Origin: Dehalococcoidia bacterium
GTDB taxonomy: Bacteria; Chloroflexota; Dehalococcoidia; Dehalococcoidales; UBA3254
Direction of reading: 5' to 3'
DNA length: 64,000 bases
Assembly (NCBI GenBank): GCA_025361145.1
Contig: JANYAV010000010.1
Location: forward strand, 1,530 to 65,529
A program made the position numbers and the translations under genes. Below are positions 42,872 to 52,071 of this stretch, one piece after another. Each line of letters begins with the position of its first letter. The first letter of the stretch is position 1. The notes under the pieces are model-generated. The model had not been told where the DNA came from and did not search any database. It saw nothing but the letters and a program-made list of their open reading frames with translations.

Positions 42872-43021
42872 TTTTAATATCCTCAGACTGTATTTGAACT
42901 TGCTGGCCTCATTATATCATACGAAGATTAGCTAAAAAACCAGTCACGTTATCATCGATTCATATGTTATAATACAAAGCATAAGACTGGAAAATATCAG
43001 CTAGCTGCATAGGAGGCTAAG

Positions 43022-43324
43022 ATGTCTATTTATTTGATGCTGACCACCCTCACCGACGCGGGCAGAAAGAGCCTTCAGGAAGACCCTGAAGTCCTGAAAG
43101 AGCTTAATAAAGAAACTGAGGTTCAGGGGATAAAGGTCATGTGTCAGTATGCTCTGCTTGGCCAGTATGACTTTGTCAGTATTCTGGAAGCCCCCAGCAA
43201 TGAGGGTATCGCTAAATTGGCTATCCGTATGAGCGCTCGTGGCACTACTCAGACCCTTACTATGGCTGCTATTACGCTGGATAATCTTATCGCCGCTCTA
43301 AAAGAAAAAAGCACTCCCTGGTAA
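43022..43324 (+). CDS. GYD domain protein
   Basis: 100 aa. LGQYDFV motif and the typical length. Confidence 0.8.
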   Translation: MSIYLMLTTLTDAGRKSLQEDPEVLKELNKETEVQGIKVMCQYALLGQYDFVSILEAPSNEGIAKLAIRMSARGTTQTLTMAAITLDNLIAALKEKSTPW

Positions 43325-43348
43325 TTAATGGCTTGATAGGTAATATTA

Positions 43349-43888
43349 ATGCATCATTCGCTGCATCTGTACGGTAAGCATCAGCACCGTTTAATCCATC
43401 TATATATATCACTGGCCGGTTGGTCTAAAATACCTGTGATCGGTTGGTTTGTGAAAGCTGTGGCCAACACTTATGCCAGATTAGGCCACAGCGGCTATTA
43501 TCTTACTCTCGCTGAAGCGGAGAAAATAGTTGATCTTTCAGAGGATATCTCTCTGGGACCTTGCAGTTGCCGGGAGGAATTCCATAATTGCGATCATGCG
43601 GTCATGAGTGAGATAGTCCTGGGCCGGGGCGCCCGGGATGTTTATGCCGACCGTCAGAGAGAATTCTGCGCGGTTTCCAAAGATGAGGCCAAAGCTATTT
43701 TAAAGCAAGCCCACGCCGCCAAGCTGACCCACAGCATCATGCGCTGCGGTAAAAACTTCTATGCGATCTGCAACTGCTGTAACTGCTGCTGCGTTCCCAC
43801 GCGCCTGCGCCACGATTACGGCATCGGATTGGCTCTGGTACGTAACCCCAATGTAGTCACAGACTTCGAAAAACAGCGTTTGTCCTAG
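43349..43888 (+). CDS. Cysteine-rich hypothetical protein (putative metal/Fe-S binding)
   Basis: 179 aa. CSC..H.CDH and MRCG....AICNCCNCCCVP clusters. Family not recognised. Confidence 0.55.
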   Translation: MHHSLHLYGKHQHRLIHLYISLAGWSKIPVIGWFVKAVANTYARLGHSGYYLTLAEAEKIVDLSEDISLGPCSCREEFHNCDHAVMSEIVLGRGARDVYADRQREFCAVSKDEAKAILKQAHAAKLTHSIMRCGKNFYAICNCCNCCCVPTRLRHDYGIGLALVRNPNVVTDFEKQRLS

Positions 43889-43930
43889 TGTCATTCTGGA
43901 GCGTAGCGAAGAATATCAGTGTGGGGATAA
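43888..43930 (+). repeat. Intergenic hairpin repeat, copy A2
   Basis: GTGTCATTCTGGAGCGTAGCGAAGAATATCAGTGTGGGGA, starting at the stop codon of the Cys-rich gene. Confidence 0.7.
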
Positions 43931-44066
43931 AGCTGTTCATGGTGAATCCCTTAGCTTAACCTGACTGATATCTCTTTTTTGTGTTTGTGTGGATATCGGA
44001 TTTGGAGCGAAATGTAGCCCCTTCTTTCAAAACGAAATACTAATAACTATTAACTAAAAACTATTT

Positions 44067-44723
44067 TCACGTAAAATCACGTCTCTCAATCCATCCCTCT
44101 TTCAAACCCTGTAAAACGGCCTCAGTCCGTGAATCCACGTCCAGCTTGCTGAAAATATTACTCAGATGCGCTTGCACCGTCCGTACGCTGATCTTCAGAT
44201 CGCTGGCAATTTCTTTATTGCGTAGTCCTTTAGCGGTCAGTTTGAGTACTTCCAGTTCACGGGGATAGAGATCAAGATTATTCTTTTCCCTTCTCTTGTC
44301 TTCACCAATTTCGCGGATGATTTTATGGGCTGATGCCCGGTCTATGATATGGTCTCCTGCGTGCGCTAAACGCACGGCAGTGGCTAGTTCGCGGATGGGG
44401 GTATCCTTGGTCAGGTAACCCGCCGCTCCGGCTCGTAGTGAAGCAAGGATATATTTCTGGTATTTGAAAGCGCTGACCATCAGTACCGCGGTCTCCGGTG
44501 ACTCTACTTTAATGCGTTTGGTAGCTTCGATACCGCTAAGCTTGGGCATGGTGAAATCGATAATCGCTACATCTGGCTTTAATTCGTTAGTCAACCTGAC
44601 TGCTTCTTCACCATCCGCTGCTTGGCCTATTATATCCAGTCCGTCTTCATCACGCAGCAGTCTGCACAGGCTTTCTTTAAAGGTGGGCTGCTTGTCGGCC
44701 AGAATGACTCTGATTTTATCCAT
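44067..44723 (-). CDS. NarL/LuxR-type response regulator (no adjacent kinase)
   Basis: ATG at 44723 after GGAGA (MDKIRVILAD...). Receiver domain plus LuxR HTH LRNKEIASDLKISVRTVQAHLSNIFSKL. Confidence 0.88.
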   Translation of the reverse strand: MDKIRVILADKQPTFKESLCRLLRDEDGLDIIGQAADGEEAVRLTNELKPDVAIIDFTMPKLSGIEATKRIKVESPETAVLMVSAFKYQKYILASLRAGAAGYLTKDTPIRELATAVRLAHAGDHIIDRASAHKIIREIGEDKRREKNNLDLYPRELEVLKLTAKGLRNKEIASDLKISVRTVQAHLSNIFSKLDVDSRTEAVLQGLKEGWIERRDFT

Positions 44724-44856
44724 GATTAAAATTCTCCAGGGTTTGCTGTTTTTATTTGATATTTGGATTTTGATTAGGTTATTGCCGAATGTCCCGCACA
44801 AATTCGGGATATCTTGTTTCTTATTTACTGTTTTTAATTTGTAATTTTGACTTATC

Positions 44857-45618
44857 CTACCATACATGCGGTATCAGCGCTTTACGCTTGGCCGGATACT
44901 CGGGGAAATTGCGGCGGTACCATAGGTCATTCGCACGGGCGCGGGGCACCAGGTTGGCCGCCGTCCACAGCGCAAAGGAAAGACCGGCTAAAGACCAGGT
45001 GGCGATCGCCCAACCCGTCCAGATCATAATCTCACCCAGATAATTGGGGCAAGAAATCCAGCGGAACAAGCCGTTATAAGCAATTTGGTAGCTGGGTTCA
45101 CCCTCTTTGCGCAGGTTGTGCAGAGTAAAATCCGCCTGTCTATTGATGATAAAACCCAGAATAAAGATCAAGATACCGATGATAAAGCGGGGATCGTTTA
45201 ACCAGCTGTTCGTGTATCCCGGTGATAGGGTAAAAATGTAGCGGCCGTTCAAGTAGCTATTTACACCATTGAAGATAAAACCCAGTGCCACTATCATGAG
45301 AGGCATCCGTTTGTCGCCGTCACGTCTCTGTAGTGGATAAAAGAAGGCCCGTTGAATATAGTGGGCTTCCCACAGGATCAACATCACGATTATAGGCAGA
45401 GTGTCGCGGTTTTGCCCCAGTACGAAAAAGACCGCGAAAATAATAGGCGAAGTACATTCCATTATAATCCAGCCGGTTGAGCTTCTTATGGTTGCGCCCC
45501 AATGCGCGGCGATGTGGCGGCCGTAAGGTGCGACTACGAAAAAAAGTGACACAAAGATCACTGCCGCTAACGCGAACCAGGCCATCAATATATAATTGTA
45601 TAAGATCAACTCGCTCAT
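44857..45618 (-). CDS. 3-oxo-5-alpha-steroid 4-dehydrogenase (SRD5A)-like membrane reductase
   Basis: 253 aa, multi-TM. APYGRH and NRQADF..LRK......GLFRWISCPNYLGEI motifs. Confidence 0.7.
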   Translation of the reverse strand: MSELILYNYILMAWFALAAVIFVSLFFVVAPYGRHIAAHWGATIRSSTGWIIMECTSPIIFAVFFVLGQNRDTLPIIVMLILWEAHYIQRAFFYPLQRRDGDKRMPLMIVALGFIFNGVNSYLNGRYIFTLSPGYTNSWLNDPRFIIGILIFILGFIINRQADFTLHNLRKEGEPSYQIAYNGLFRWISCPNYLGEIMIWTGWAIATWSLAGLSFALWTAANLVPRARANDLWYRRNFPEYPAKRKALIPHVW

Positions 45619-46634
45619 TATTTCCTGGCCTTTTTAGGGTCGGAACCCTTTAATTCCAGTAGACCGGTCGCTTGAAACCAGCGGAAAGTATCTACCAGAG
45701 TATCGCGTAAAGGCCGGGGTTGGTAACCCAGTTCGCGGGAGGCCCGTTCATGGCTGATGTTTTTGTTTGCTTCGCAGAGTGCTTTGATCGATACACTGGA
45801 ATAAAGTTGGCGGTTGCCGGTCAATTGATTATATAGCGTCGCTACGGGAGCGCCCGTGCGGGCTACCCAGGCCGGTACGGTCAGGCGCGGCGCTGGAGTA
45901 CCCCAGATAGACTCAACGTGGTCTGCCAGTTCCTTGACGGACGCCCATTGACCGGAGAGCATATATTTAGCCCCTAGTGGGGCATCTTTTTCAGCGCGTA
46001 TGGCGGCATTCACCACGTCGCGGACGTCCACCCAGTCAAACCCGCCTTCAATCAGGGCTGGCAATTTGCCCTGGGCCAGGCTTATCAGCACTTCTCCAAG
46101 AAAGGAAAGCTGGTAATCATGAGGGCCTAATACCGCCGTAGGATTGAGTATGACAGCGTCCAGTCCCTGTTCAATCCCTTCGCGCACTTCTCTTTCGGCA
46201 GCGGCTTTAGAGCGATCGTAGGGCGGGCAGTTATAGCCGTCCACCAGTGGCCGCCGCTCGTCGACAGGGATATTTAGGGGAGTCTGTACCATGGAGTGGA
46301 TAGAACTGAAGTGGACCAGTCTGCGCACTCCGCATTTGAGACAGGCTTCCACCACGTTGTGGGTTCCGGTGACATTGATGGGCTCTATAGATGGCCAATC
46401 ATTCATCGAAAGGGAGATGGTAGCCGCCAGATGGTAGACCACTTCTATGCCTTCAAAGGCTCGCTCAAGAGAGGCTGGGTCGCAGATGTCAGCCTGGACA
46501 ATTTCCATATCCAGGTCTTCGGTGCCTCTGCGGTTGTTATGTATCAAAGCGCGCACCTGTCGATTTTCTTTTAAAAGCGCGCGTGTCAGATTCGCCCCTA
46601 TGTGTCCAGTTGCTCCAGTTATTGCCGTTATCAT
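45618..46634 (-). CDS. NAD(P)-dependent epimerase/dehydratase (extended SDR, dihydroflavonol-reductase-like)
   Basis: 338 aa. GATGHIG Rossmann motif. Its stop overlaps the next gene's ATG (TAATG). Confidence 0.8.
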   Translation of the reverse strand: MITAITGATGHIGANLTRALLKENRQVRALIHNNRRGTEDLDMEIVQADICDPASLERAFEGIEVVYHLAATISLSMNDWPSIEPINVTGTHNVVEACLKCGVRRLVHFSSIHSMVQTPLNIPVDERRPLVDGYNCPPYDRSKAAAEREVREGIEQGLDAVILNPTAVLGPHDYQLSFLGEVLISLAQGKLPALIEGGFDWVDVRDVVNAAIRAEKDAPLGAKYMLSGQWASVKELADHVESIWGTPAPRLTVPAWVARTGAPVATLYNQLTGNRQLYSSVSIKALCEANKNISHERASRELGYQPRPLRDTLVDTFRWFQATGLLELKGSDPKKARK

Positions 46635-46709
46635 TGGCTGTAATTATACCATAAACAACAACAGAAATTGCCTGAAATAGCGCAGTCGGATTGATTGATT
46701 TAGAGCTAT

Positions 46710-47819
46710 TTAAATAATCTCCTGGTAGTACCAGTGATAGGCTTCTGGCGAGGCGCTTTGTTGACTGCCCAGCACCTTTAATCTTCTCAGTTTCAGGATG
46801 ATGTAGACCTCTTTGCCGATTGTCAGGCTCATCTCGTGGGCCAGTTCCGTCGGCATCTCAGCCCTGATCATGTTATTGCCCACTTTGACATCTATCTTGG
46901 CCGAAGTTGTGCTCGTATCAAGGGCGGCGATTTTTCCTTTATAGCGGTTCACCGAGGGTCCGGGCGGTAAAACATCTGATACGTAAACGTCCCGCGGTGA
47001 AATAGCGATCTTCTGCATTGCGCCTTCATCGTGCGGCAGTATAATCAGCATACCGCCGCAATCTACTTCCATCAGTCCCGGCACCAATTGGCGGCAGGCT
47101 GTACATTCCAGAATATTCAATGAACCCACGAAGTCTGAGACGGCTGGAGTGGCCGGGGAGAAAAAGATTTCCTGCGGTTGCCCCACCTGTTCGATACTTC
47201 CACGCACCATCACCGCCATACGATCGGCCAGCTCTTCGGCCTCTACGTGATTATGCGTGATATGTATGGTGGTCACCCCCATTTCCTGATGGATTCTGCG
47301 CAGCTCTAGCCGCAGGTATTTGGAGGTCTGAACGTCCAGACTGCTCAGGGGTTCATCCAGCAGCAGGATTTGAGGTGACGGCGCTAGCGCTCTGGCCAGA
47401 GCGGCTCTCTGTTTTTCACCACCGCTTAAAGTGCGCGGGTCCCTCTCTAACAGATGGCTGATGCCTAATAATACTGCCAGGTCGTTAAGGCATTTCTGTT
47501 CCACTGAATAGGGCAGCTTTTTTTGTTTCAAACCGAAGAGAATGTTATCTCTGACATTTAAAAAAGGGAATAAAACATAGTCCTGTGGAACATAACTCAG
47601 GCCTCTTTCCTCGGGTGCCTGCCTGGTGATGTCCTTCCCGTTCAGCTGTATCCGTCCCGATTTGATTCTATGCAGCCCCGCCAGACACTCCATGAAGACC
47701 GTTTTACCCGCGCCCGAAGGTCCCAGGATAACGAAATATTCCTTGTCTTGAATATCTACGCTCAAATCCCTCAGGGTAAAGTCACCAATTTTAAATGAAA
47801 GGTCTTTTATTTCGATCAT
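46710..47819 (-). CDS. modC: Molybdate/tungstate ABC transporter ATP-binding protein with a C-terminal TOBE/Mop-like domain
   Basis: 369 aa. GPSGAGKT, LSGGEKQR and LLLDEP motifs. Confidence 0.85.
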   Translation of the reverse strand: MIEIKDLSFKIGDFTLRDLSVDIQDKEYFVILGPSGAGKTVFMECLAGLHRIKSGRIQLNGKDITRQAPEERGLSYVPQDYVLFPFLNVRDNILFGLKQKKLPYSVEQKCLNDLAVLLGISHLLERDPRTLSGGEKQRAALARALAPSPQILLLDEPLSSLDVQTSKYLRLELRRIHQEMGVTTIHITHNHVEAEELADRMAVMVRGSIEQVGQPQEIFFSPATPAVSDFVGSLNILECTACRQLVPGLMEVDCGGMLIILPHDEGAMQKIAISPRDVYVSDVLPPGPSVNRYKGKIAALDTSTTSAKIDVKVGNNMIRAEMPTELAHEMSLTIGKEVYIILKLRRLKVLGSQQSASPEAYHWYYQEII

Positions 47820-48622
47820 ATGACGTATTTCCGTCCGGTTACTTTACGGATAATCAGGAGGGCCGTTAGTGAGATGACAACCAGAATAACAATCAAAGCC
47901 ACGGCCTGGCCAATGTTAGCGGATGATAGGCTGAGAGAGATAGCGATGGGCAGTGTCTCGGTTTTGAAGGCCGTAGCTCCGGCCAGTGTGACTGTAGCGC
48001 CGAATTCGCCGGTAGCGCGCGCCCAGGTCAGGATGGCAGCGGCTATCAGGCCGTTCTTGGCCAGCGGCAGGACCACCCGGAAAAAGGCGGCCGGTTGGCT
48101 GCATCCCAGTGTACGGCTAACCTGTTCGTAACGTGGATCAATACTATCAAAGGTGGATTTCAAAAGACGAATCGCCAGCGCGCTGACGATAGTGAACTGG
48201 GCCAGAACAATCCCCGGTACTGAAAATACGAAACGTAATAGATGGTTGTTAATACCTTCTCCCATCGGAGTATTAAAGAAAACCAGCAGCGCCGCACCGA
48301 TGGCTACCGGCGAGATCACAATAGGCAAGTCCAGCAGGCTGTCTACCAGGCTCTTGCCCCAGAACTCATTGGTAGAAATCGCGTATGCCACTGGAATAGC
48401 GATAGCGATTGCCAGTATGGTGGTGATAGTAGCGGTAATCAGACTCAATTTAATGGCAAACAGGGTTTCCGGCGCGACCAACGCGTTAACCATTGTTCCC
48501 CAGTCTGTAAAGGTCAACAGAGAAACGATGATCACTACAAAAAATAGAGTTAGCAGAGCCAGGGCGCTGATGGTGGCTGCCCTGAAAGCCCTGTCACCGC
48601 CCGCGCCCTTTAGCTTTTTCAT
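47816..48622 (-). CDS. modB: Molybdate/tungstate ABC transporter permease
   Basis: 268 aa with 5-6 TM. Overlaps modC by 4 nt. Confidence 0.85.
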   Translation of the reverse strand: MKKLKGAGGDRAFRAATISALALLTLFFVVIIVSLLTFTDWGTMVNALVAPETLFAIKLSLITATITTILAIAIAIPVAYAISTNEFWGKSLVDSLLDLPIVISPVAIGAALLVFFNTPMGEGINNHLLRFVFSVPGIVLAQFTIVSALAIRLLKSTFDSIDPRYEQVSRTLGCSQPAAFFRVVLPLAKNGLIAAAILTWARATGEFGATVTLAGATAFKTETLPIAISLSLSSANIGQAVALIVILVVISLTALLIIRKVTGRKYVI

Positions 48623-48644
48623 TCTTTCACCCGTGTAAACTCAC

Positions 48645-49523
48645 TCATTTAATTAGTGCTTTATAATCCTCAGGTAATTGATATTCTCCCCCGATTTTGG
48701 CTTGAGGTGCAAATGTACGGGCTTCGGCTTCCGTTGCATTATATCCCCATTTCTTAAAGATGTCCTGTCCTGCAGGTGAGACCAGAAAATCAATGAATTG
48801 AGCTGCCAGGACTTTATCTTTGGTAAAGGTAGAGATTGCTGCCGGGATGTACGCTAGCCGGGGCAGTTGTTCTGGTTTTATCATGATGCGTTCGATGTGC
48901 TGAGGGTCCCAATCCTGAAAAACGCTCCAACCTATCACCGCATCCACTGACTTCAACGAGATCAGGGTGGCTGTGGCATCACAGGAGGTAGCCTGAGTCA
49001 CAATATTCGGGAAAACCGATTCTATCAGCTTGTTACTATCTAGGATTTCAACCGCGTATAGTCCTACGCAAACGCTATCCGGGTTGCCGATGCCCACTTT
49101 CAATCCGGTTTTGGCCAAATCAGATAGGGATAGGATATTTTGGGGGTTGCCTGGTTGGACGCAAATAGCCGGCACCAAATAGGCTAATATTTTTGTGGTG
49201 GTTGGATCAATAACTTGTTTTTTCTCAGCTTTGGCTAAGTAATCCGGGGAGCCGGGAATATAGATATCTCCGGTTTTGGCCAGTTCCATTTGAGATAAGA
49301 CTGTTCCTGAACCGCCGTAAGTCAGATAGACTTTGACTCCGGTCTTTTTTTCAAAGGCCGCTGCTGCCTCATTCAGGGGTGGTTTGCTCGCCGAGCCAGC
49401 AAAGACGGATAGTTCTTTGGTTGCTATGGTATTGGTTTCAGTTCTATTGGTTGTCTGGCAACCTGCCAGGAAAGTCATTACCAATGTTGCTATTAAAATT
49501 AAAACTAATATACTTTTACGCAT
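48645..49523 (-). CDS. modA: Molybdate/tungstate-binding lipoprotein (ModA/WtpA-like)
   Basis: 292 aa. Lipobox LAGC and a periplasmic binding fold. Mo versus W specificity cannot be told from sequence by eye. Confidence 0.8.
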   Translation of the reverse strand: MRKSILVLILIATLVMTFLAGCQTTNRTETNTIATKELSVFAGSASKPPLNEAAAAFEKKTGVKVYLTYGGSGTVLSQMELAKTGDIYIPGSPDYLAKAEKKQVIDPTTTKILAYLVPAICVQPGNPQNILSLSDLAKTGLKVGIGNPDSVCVGLYAVEILDSNKLIESVFPNIVTQATSCDATATLISLKSVDAVIGWSVFQDWDPQHIERIMIKPEQLPRLAYIPAAISTFTKDKVLAAQFIDFLVSPAGQDIFKKWGYNATEAEARTFAPQAKIGGEYQLPEDYKALIK

Positions 49524-49599
49524 TTTTATTTATGATTCTTCCTTTAATTATTTTAATGGTCCACCGATTTATTTAGGCAGAATCATACTCATGTATCCA

Positions 49600-49740
49600 T
49601 TCCTCTTCTCCTTTCCAAGGTTGGGAAACAGTGCCGTTTCCAGCGCTGCCGTCGATCCCTCCGATGACTCGGGGGGATACCGGCTGTTCACCCTGTCCCC
49701 AGAAAATCGGGAGTTAGGTCAGACAGCTTTAGAGAGTCCT
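49600..49740 (-). promoter_or_regulatory. Structured leader copy 1 (candidate Moco/Tuco riboswitch) upstream of modA
   Basis: The minus strand ends ...CCCCCGAGUCAUCGGAGGG...GGAAAC-loop-GUUUCC...GGAAAGGAGAAG. Shares long conserved blocks with copy 2. Confidence 0.5.
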
Positions 49741-49787
49741 TTCACAACTAGTTGGATTTACTTTTATAATTGGGTGATCAAACGAGT

Positions 49788-49830
49788 TAAAAACAAAATA
49801 GCGCTTCTCCACTAAGGAGCGCGCGCTATT
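49788..49830 (-). terminator. Intrinsic terminator between the two leader copies
   Basis: Minus strand AATAGCGC(gcg)CTCC-ttagt-GGAG(aa)GCGCTATT followed by TTGTTTTT. Confidence 0.75.
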
Positions 49831-49849
49831 GTTTTACATAAATAGACCA

Positions 49850-50020
49850 TTCTTCTCCTTTCCAAATGGGAAACAGCGCCGTTTCCAGCTCTGCCGTCGA
49901 TCCGATTTACCTTAAAGGGTTTGGGCGAAGCCCATAAGAATAGCGGGAGACCCTTCATGGTGCCGGATACCGGCTGCCGACCTTGTTCATTTCGAAGTTA
50001 GGCCCAGCAGCTCAAGAGAT
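49850..50020 (-). promoter_or_regulatory. Structured leader copy 2 (candidate Moco/Tuco riboswitch, with an extra inserted hairpin)
   Basis: Same conserved blocks as copy 1 (CAGCCGGUAUCC; AUCGACGGCAGnGCUGGAAACGGCnCUGUUUCCCA; GGAAAGGAGAAGA). The short CCGAG hairpin of copy 1 is replaced by a longer hairpin, which adds about 45 nt. Confidence 0.5.
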
Positions 50021-50032
50021 TTATCTTCTTTT

Positions 50033-50061
50033 AAGTTAACATCTTAATTTCTACCTGTCAA
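50033..50061 (-). promoter_or_regulatory. Promoter TTGACA-17-TAACTT (minus strand) directly upstream of leader copy 2
   Basis: Read directly on the reverse complement. Confidence 0.5.
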
Positions 50062-50067
50062 CTTCGT

Positions 50068-50145
50068 ACAGCTTTGCTGTCATCCTGGAAGCCTCGAAAG
50101 GCGAGGCTGAAGGATCTCAGGGGGTGGACTTGAATCTCGAAGCTC
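50068..50145 (+). repeat. 78-nt hairpin repeat copy B1
   Basis: About 94% identical (5 mismatches in 78) to 54376-54453, in the same orientation. Nested stems ATCCT..AGCCTCG-loop-CGAGGCT..AGGAT. Confidence 0.85.
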
Positions 50146-50174
50146 TTCTGACAACTCATACCTGATACCTCGTA

Positions 50175-51302
50175 TTACTTACACACAAACCCACCCACTA
50201 TCGATTTATTTATTTCAAGACTGACCGCAATTGCCGATGCCCCAGCGATAGCCCGATATAACCTTTCAATTTTAAAATCCTTCGCATATCCATATCCGCC
50301 GTGAATTCGTCTGGCCATTTCCACCACTTCCATGGTGGTCGGCACTACAAATAGTTTTGCCGCCGCTGCCTCGGTCATCCATTCAGGATCTGCCTGATCC
50401 TGCAAAAAAGCCGTTCTATAAGTCATCCACTTGGCGGCTTGGAGTTTAGCGTACATATCAGCCATCATCCAGCGGATTCCCTGTAGCGTTGATATTGGTT
50501 TTCCATCGGACATTCTGGACTTGGCGTATTTCACAGCTTCATCTAACGCTGCTTGCGCCATGCCCACACAGGCAGCGCATTGCTCGATTTTTTCCGCGGC
50601 TATCCAGTGTTGCAATATCTTTAAGCCTTCACCTTTCTCACCCAAAATATGTTCTTTGGGGACTCGTACATCCTCCAGATAGACATCAACAGCCTCCACC
50701 CCGCCTCCCCCCATCAAATCCCAAACCTTCGTAACTGTATACCCCTTTACGTTTTTATCAATTACAAAGGCCGTGCATTTACCTGTCTCATCTTTGGCAT
50801 AGAGCACCGCGTAACCCTCTCTTGCGCCAAAAGTACTGAAACGCTTCATTCCATTAATAATATAATCATCCCCGTCAGGCCTGGCAGTTGTTTTTAATGA
50901 TCGAGCATCCGAGCCGTTGTCTTCTTCAGTGAATTGGATGCTGGAGTATACTTTTCCTTCGCAAACTTTTGGTAGGTACTGAGCTTTTAACTTCTGCGAA
51001 CCAAAATGAACTATACATTCAGGGATGCTGTTGTTAAAGCCTAGCAACCACCAGACTCCCGTACCAGAATATGCTAGCTCTTCACAGGCCAGGACACATC
51101 CCAAATTGCCAAAATCGGATCCCCCATACTCCTTTGGGATAGTCATCCCCAGCAGCCCTATCTCGGCCATTTTCTTTAAAAGATCATCTGGAACCTTTCC
51201 CTCACGGTCAATCTTTGAAGCTAAGGGCTCAATTTCATTTTTGGTAAAATTCTTTACCATTGTTTGCAGGATTAGTTGCTCTTCACTCAACTTGAAATTC
51301 AT
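50175..51302 (-). CDS. Acyl-CoA dehydrogenase
   Basis: 375 aa with ACAD-like architecture throughout. AGGGGGAA RBS and a TATAAT box upstream. Confidence 0.85.
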   Translation of the reverse strand: MNFKLSEEQLILQTMVKNFTKNEIEPLASKIDREGKVPDDLLKKMAEIGLLGMTIPKEYGGSDFGNLGCVLACEELAYSGTGVWWLLGFNNSIPECIVHFGSQKLKAQYLPKVCEGKVYSSIQFTEEDNGSDARSLKTTARPDGDDYIINGMKRFSTFGAREGYAVLYAKDETGKCTAFVIDKNVKGYTVTKVWDLMGGGGVEAVDVYLEDVRVPKEHILGEKGEGLKILQHWIAAEKIEQCAACVGMAQAALDEAVKYAKSRMSDGKPISTLQGIRWMMADMYAKLQAAKWMTYRTAFLQDQADPEWMTEAAAAKLFVVPTTMEVVEMARRIHGGYGYAKDFKIERLYRAIAGASAIAVSLEINKSIVGGFVCK

Positions 51303-51570
51303 TTGTGGTTCCCCCTACCCGCATTATACTTGATACAACGCTTAAATAAACGCTGATATTGCCAAGCCTGGCTGAATCAAGGGTGAGCAGAACACGGTTA
51401 CCTTTATACCTTGTGGAACCCGTGGATGACCCAGGCTGAGCTTACAATAACTAAGGTAATAAACTAACATCGTTTATTTTGAATAAGTTGTTGGCTATAT
51501 AGAGGTGGTAAGGAGTGCTTCTCATCTTATCGGTAATTCTTTGCAGTATTGCAGCGCTTGTCCACATAGA

Positions 51571-52071
51571 TCATTGATTTTTAGCAAATTTATTAAGCGC
51601 ATTGTGGGTGGCAAACACAGATACTCTATCTAAAGTCCCCCAGCGCAGAGCCTGGGTTGGACAGGTAGCCGCGCACATTGGCGTCTGCCCGTTCTCTACT
51701 CTATCCAGACACATGTCGCACTTCTGCATTAAGCCATCTTCACCGAATTGCGGTGCTCCGAATGGGCAGGCCTCCAGGCAGGCTCGGCAGCCTGTGCATT
51801 TGTCCCTTTCGACTATCACAATCCCATCCGGTCGCTTGATAATAGCTCCGGTAGGACAAGCCGTTATACAGGGAGCTTGAGCGCAGTGCTCGCAGGAAAT
51901 CGAAATAAAGCGTCTTTTAACCTCAGGAAAAACTCCGCTGGTGACTTCCTCCACCCTTCGCAGCTTTATTGTGCCGGCTTTGATGCCTTTCCACTGTTTG
52001 CAAGCCACTTCACAAGCCTTGCACTTGATGCACCGGTCTGAATCGAAATAAAAGCCATATTGCCTCTTCAA
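51571..52071 (-). CDS. 4Fe-4S dicluster (DmsB-type) electron-transfer subunit
   Basis: 166 aa with four Cys groups (CIKCKACEVAC, CEHCAQAPCITACP, CTGCRACLEACP, CDMC...CAATCP). Confidence 0.88.
   Translation of the reverse strand: MKRQYGFYFDSDRCIKCKACEVACKQWKGIKAGTIKLRRVEEVTSGVFPEVKRRFISISCEHCAQAPCITACPTGAIIKRPDGIVIVERDKCTGCRACLEACPFGAPQFGEDGLMQKCDMCLDRVENGQTPMCAATCPTQALRWGTLDRVSVFATHNALNKFAKNQ

Noticed and set aside
49333-49815. 160-aa plus-strand ORF spanning the modA 5' end and the leader region
   Set aside because: It overlaps modA antisense and runs through the two structured repeat copies and the terminator. The repeats are better explained as RNA elements on the minus strand.
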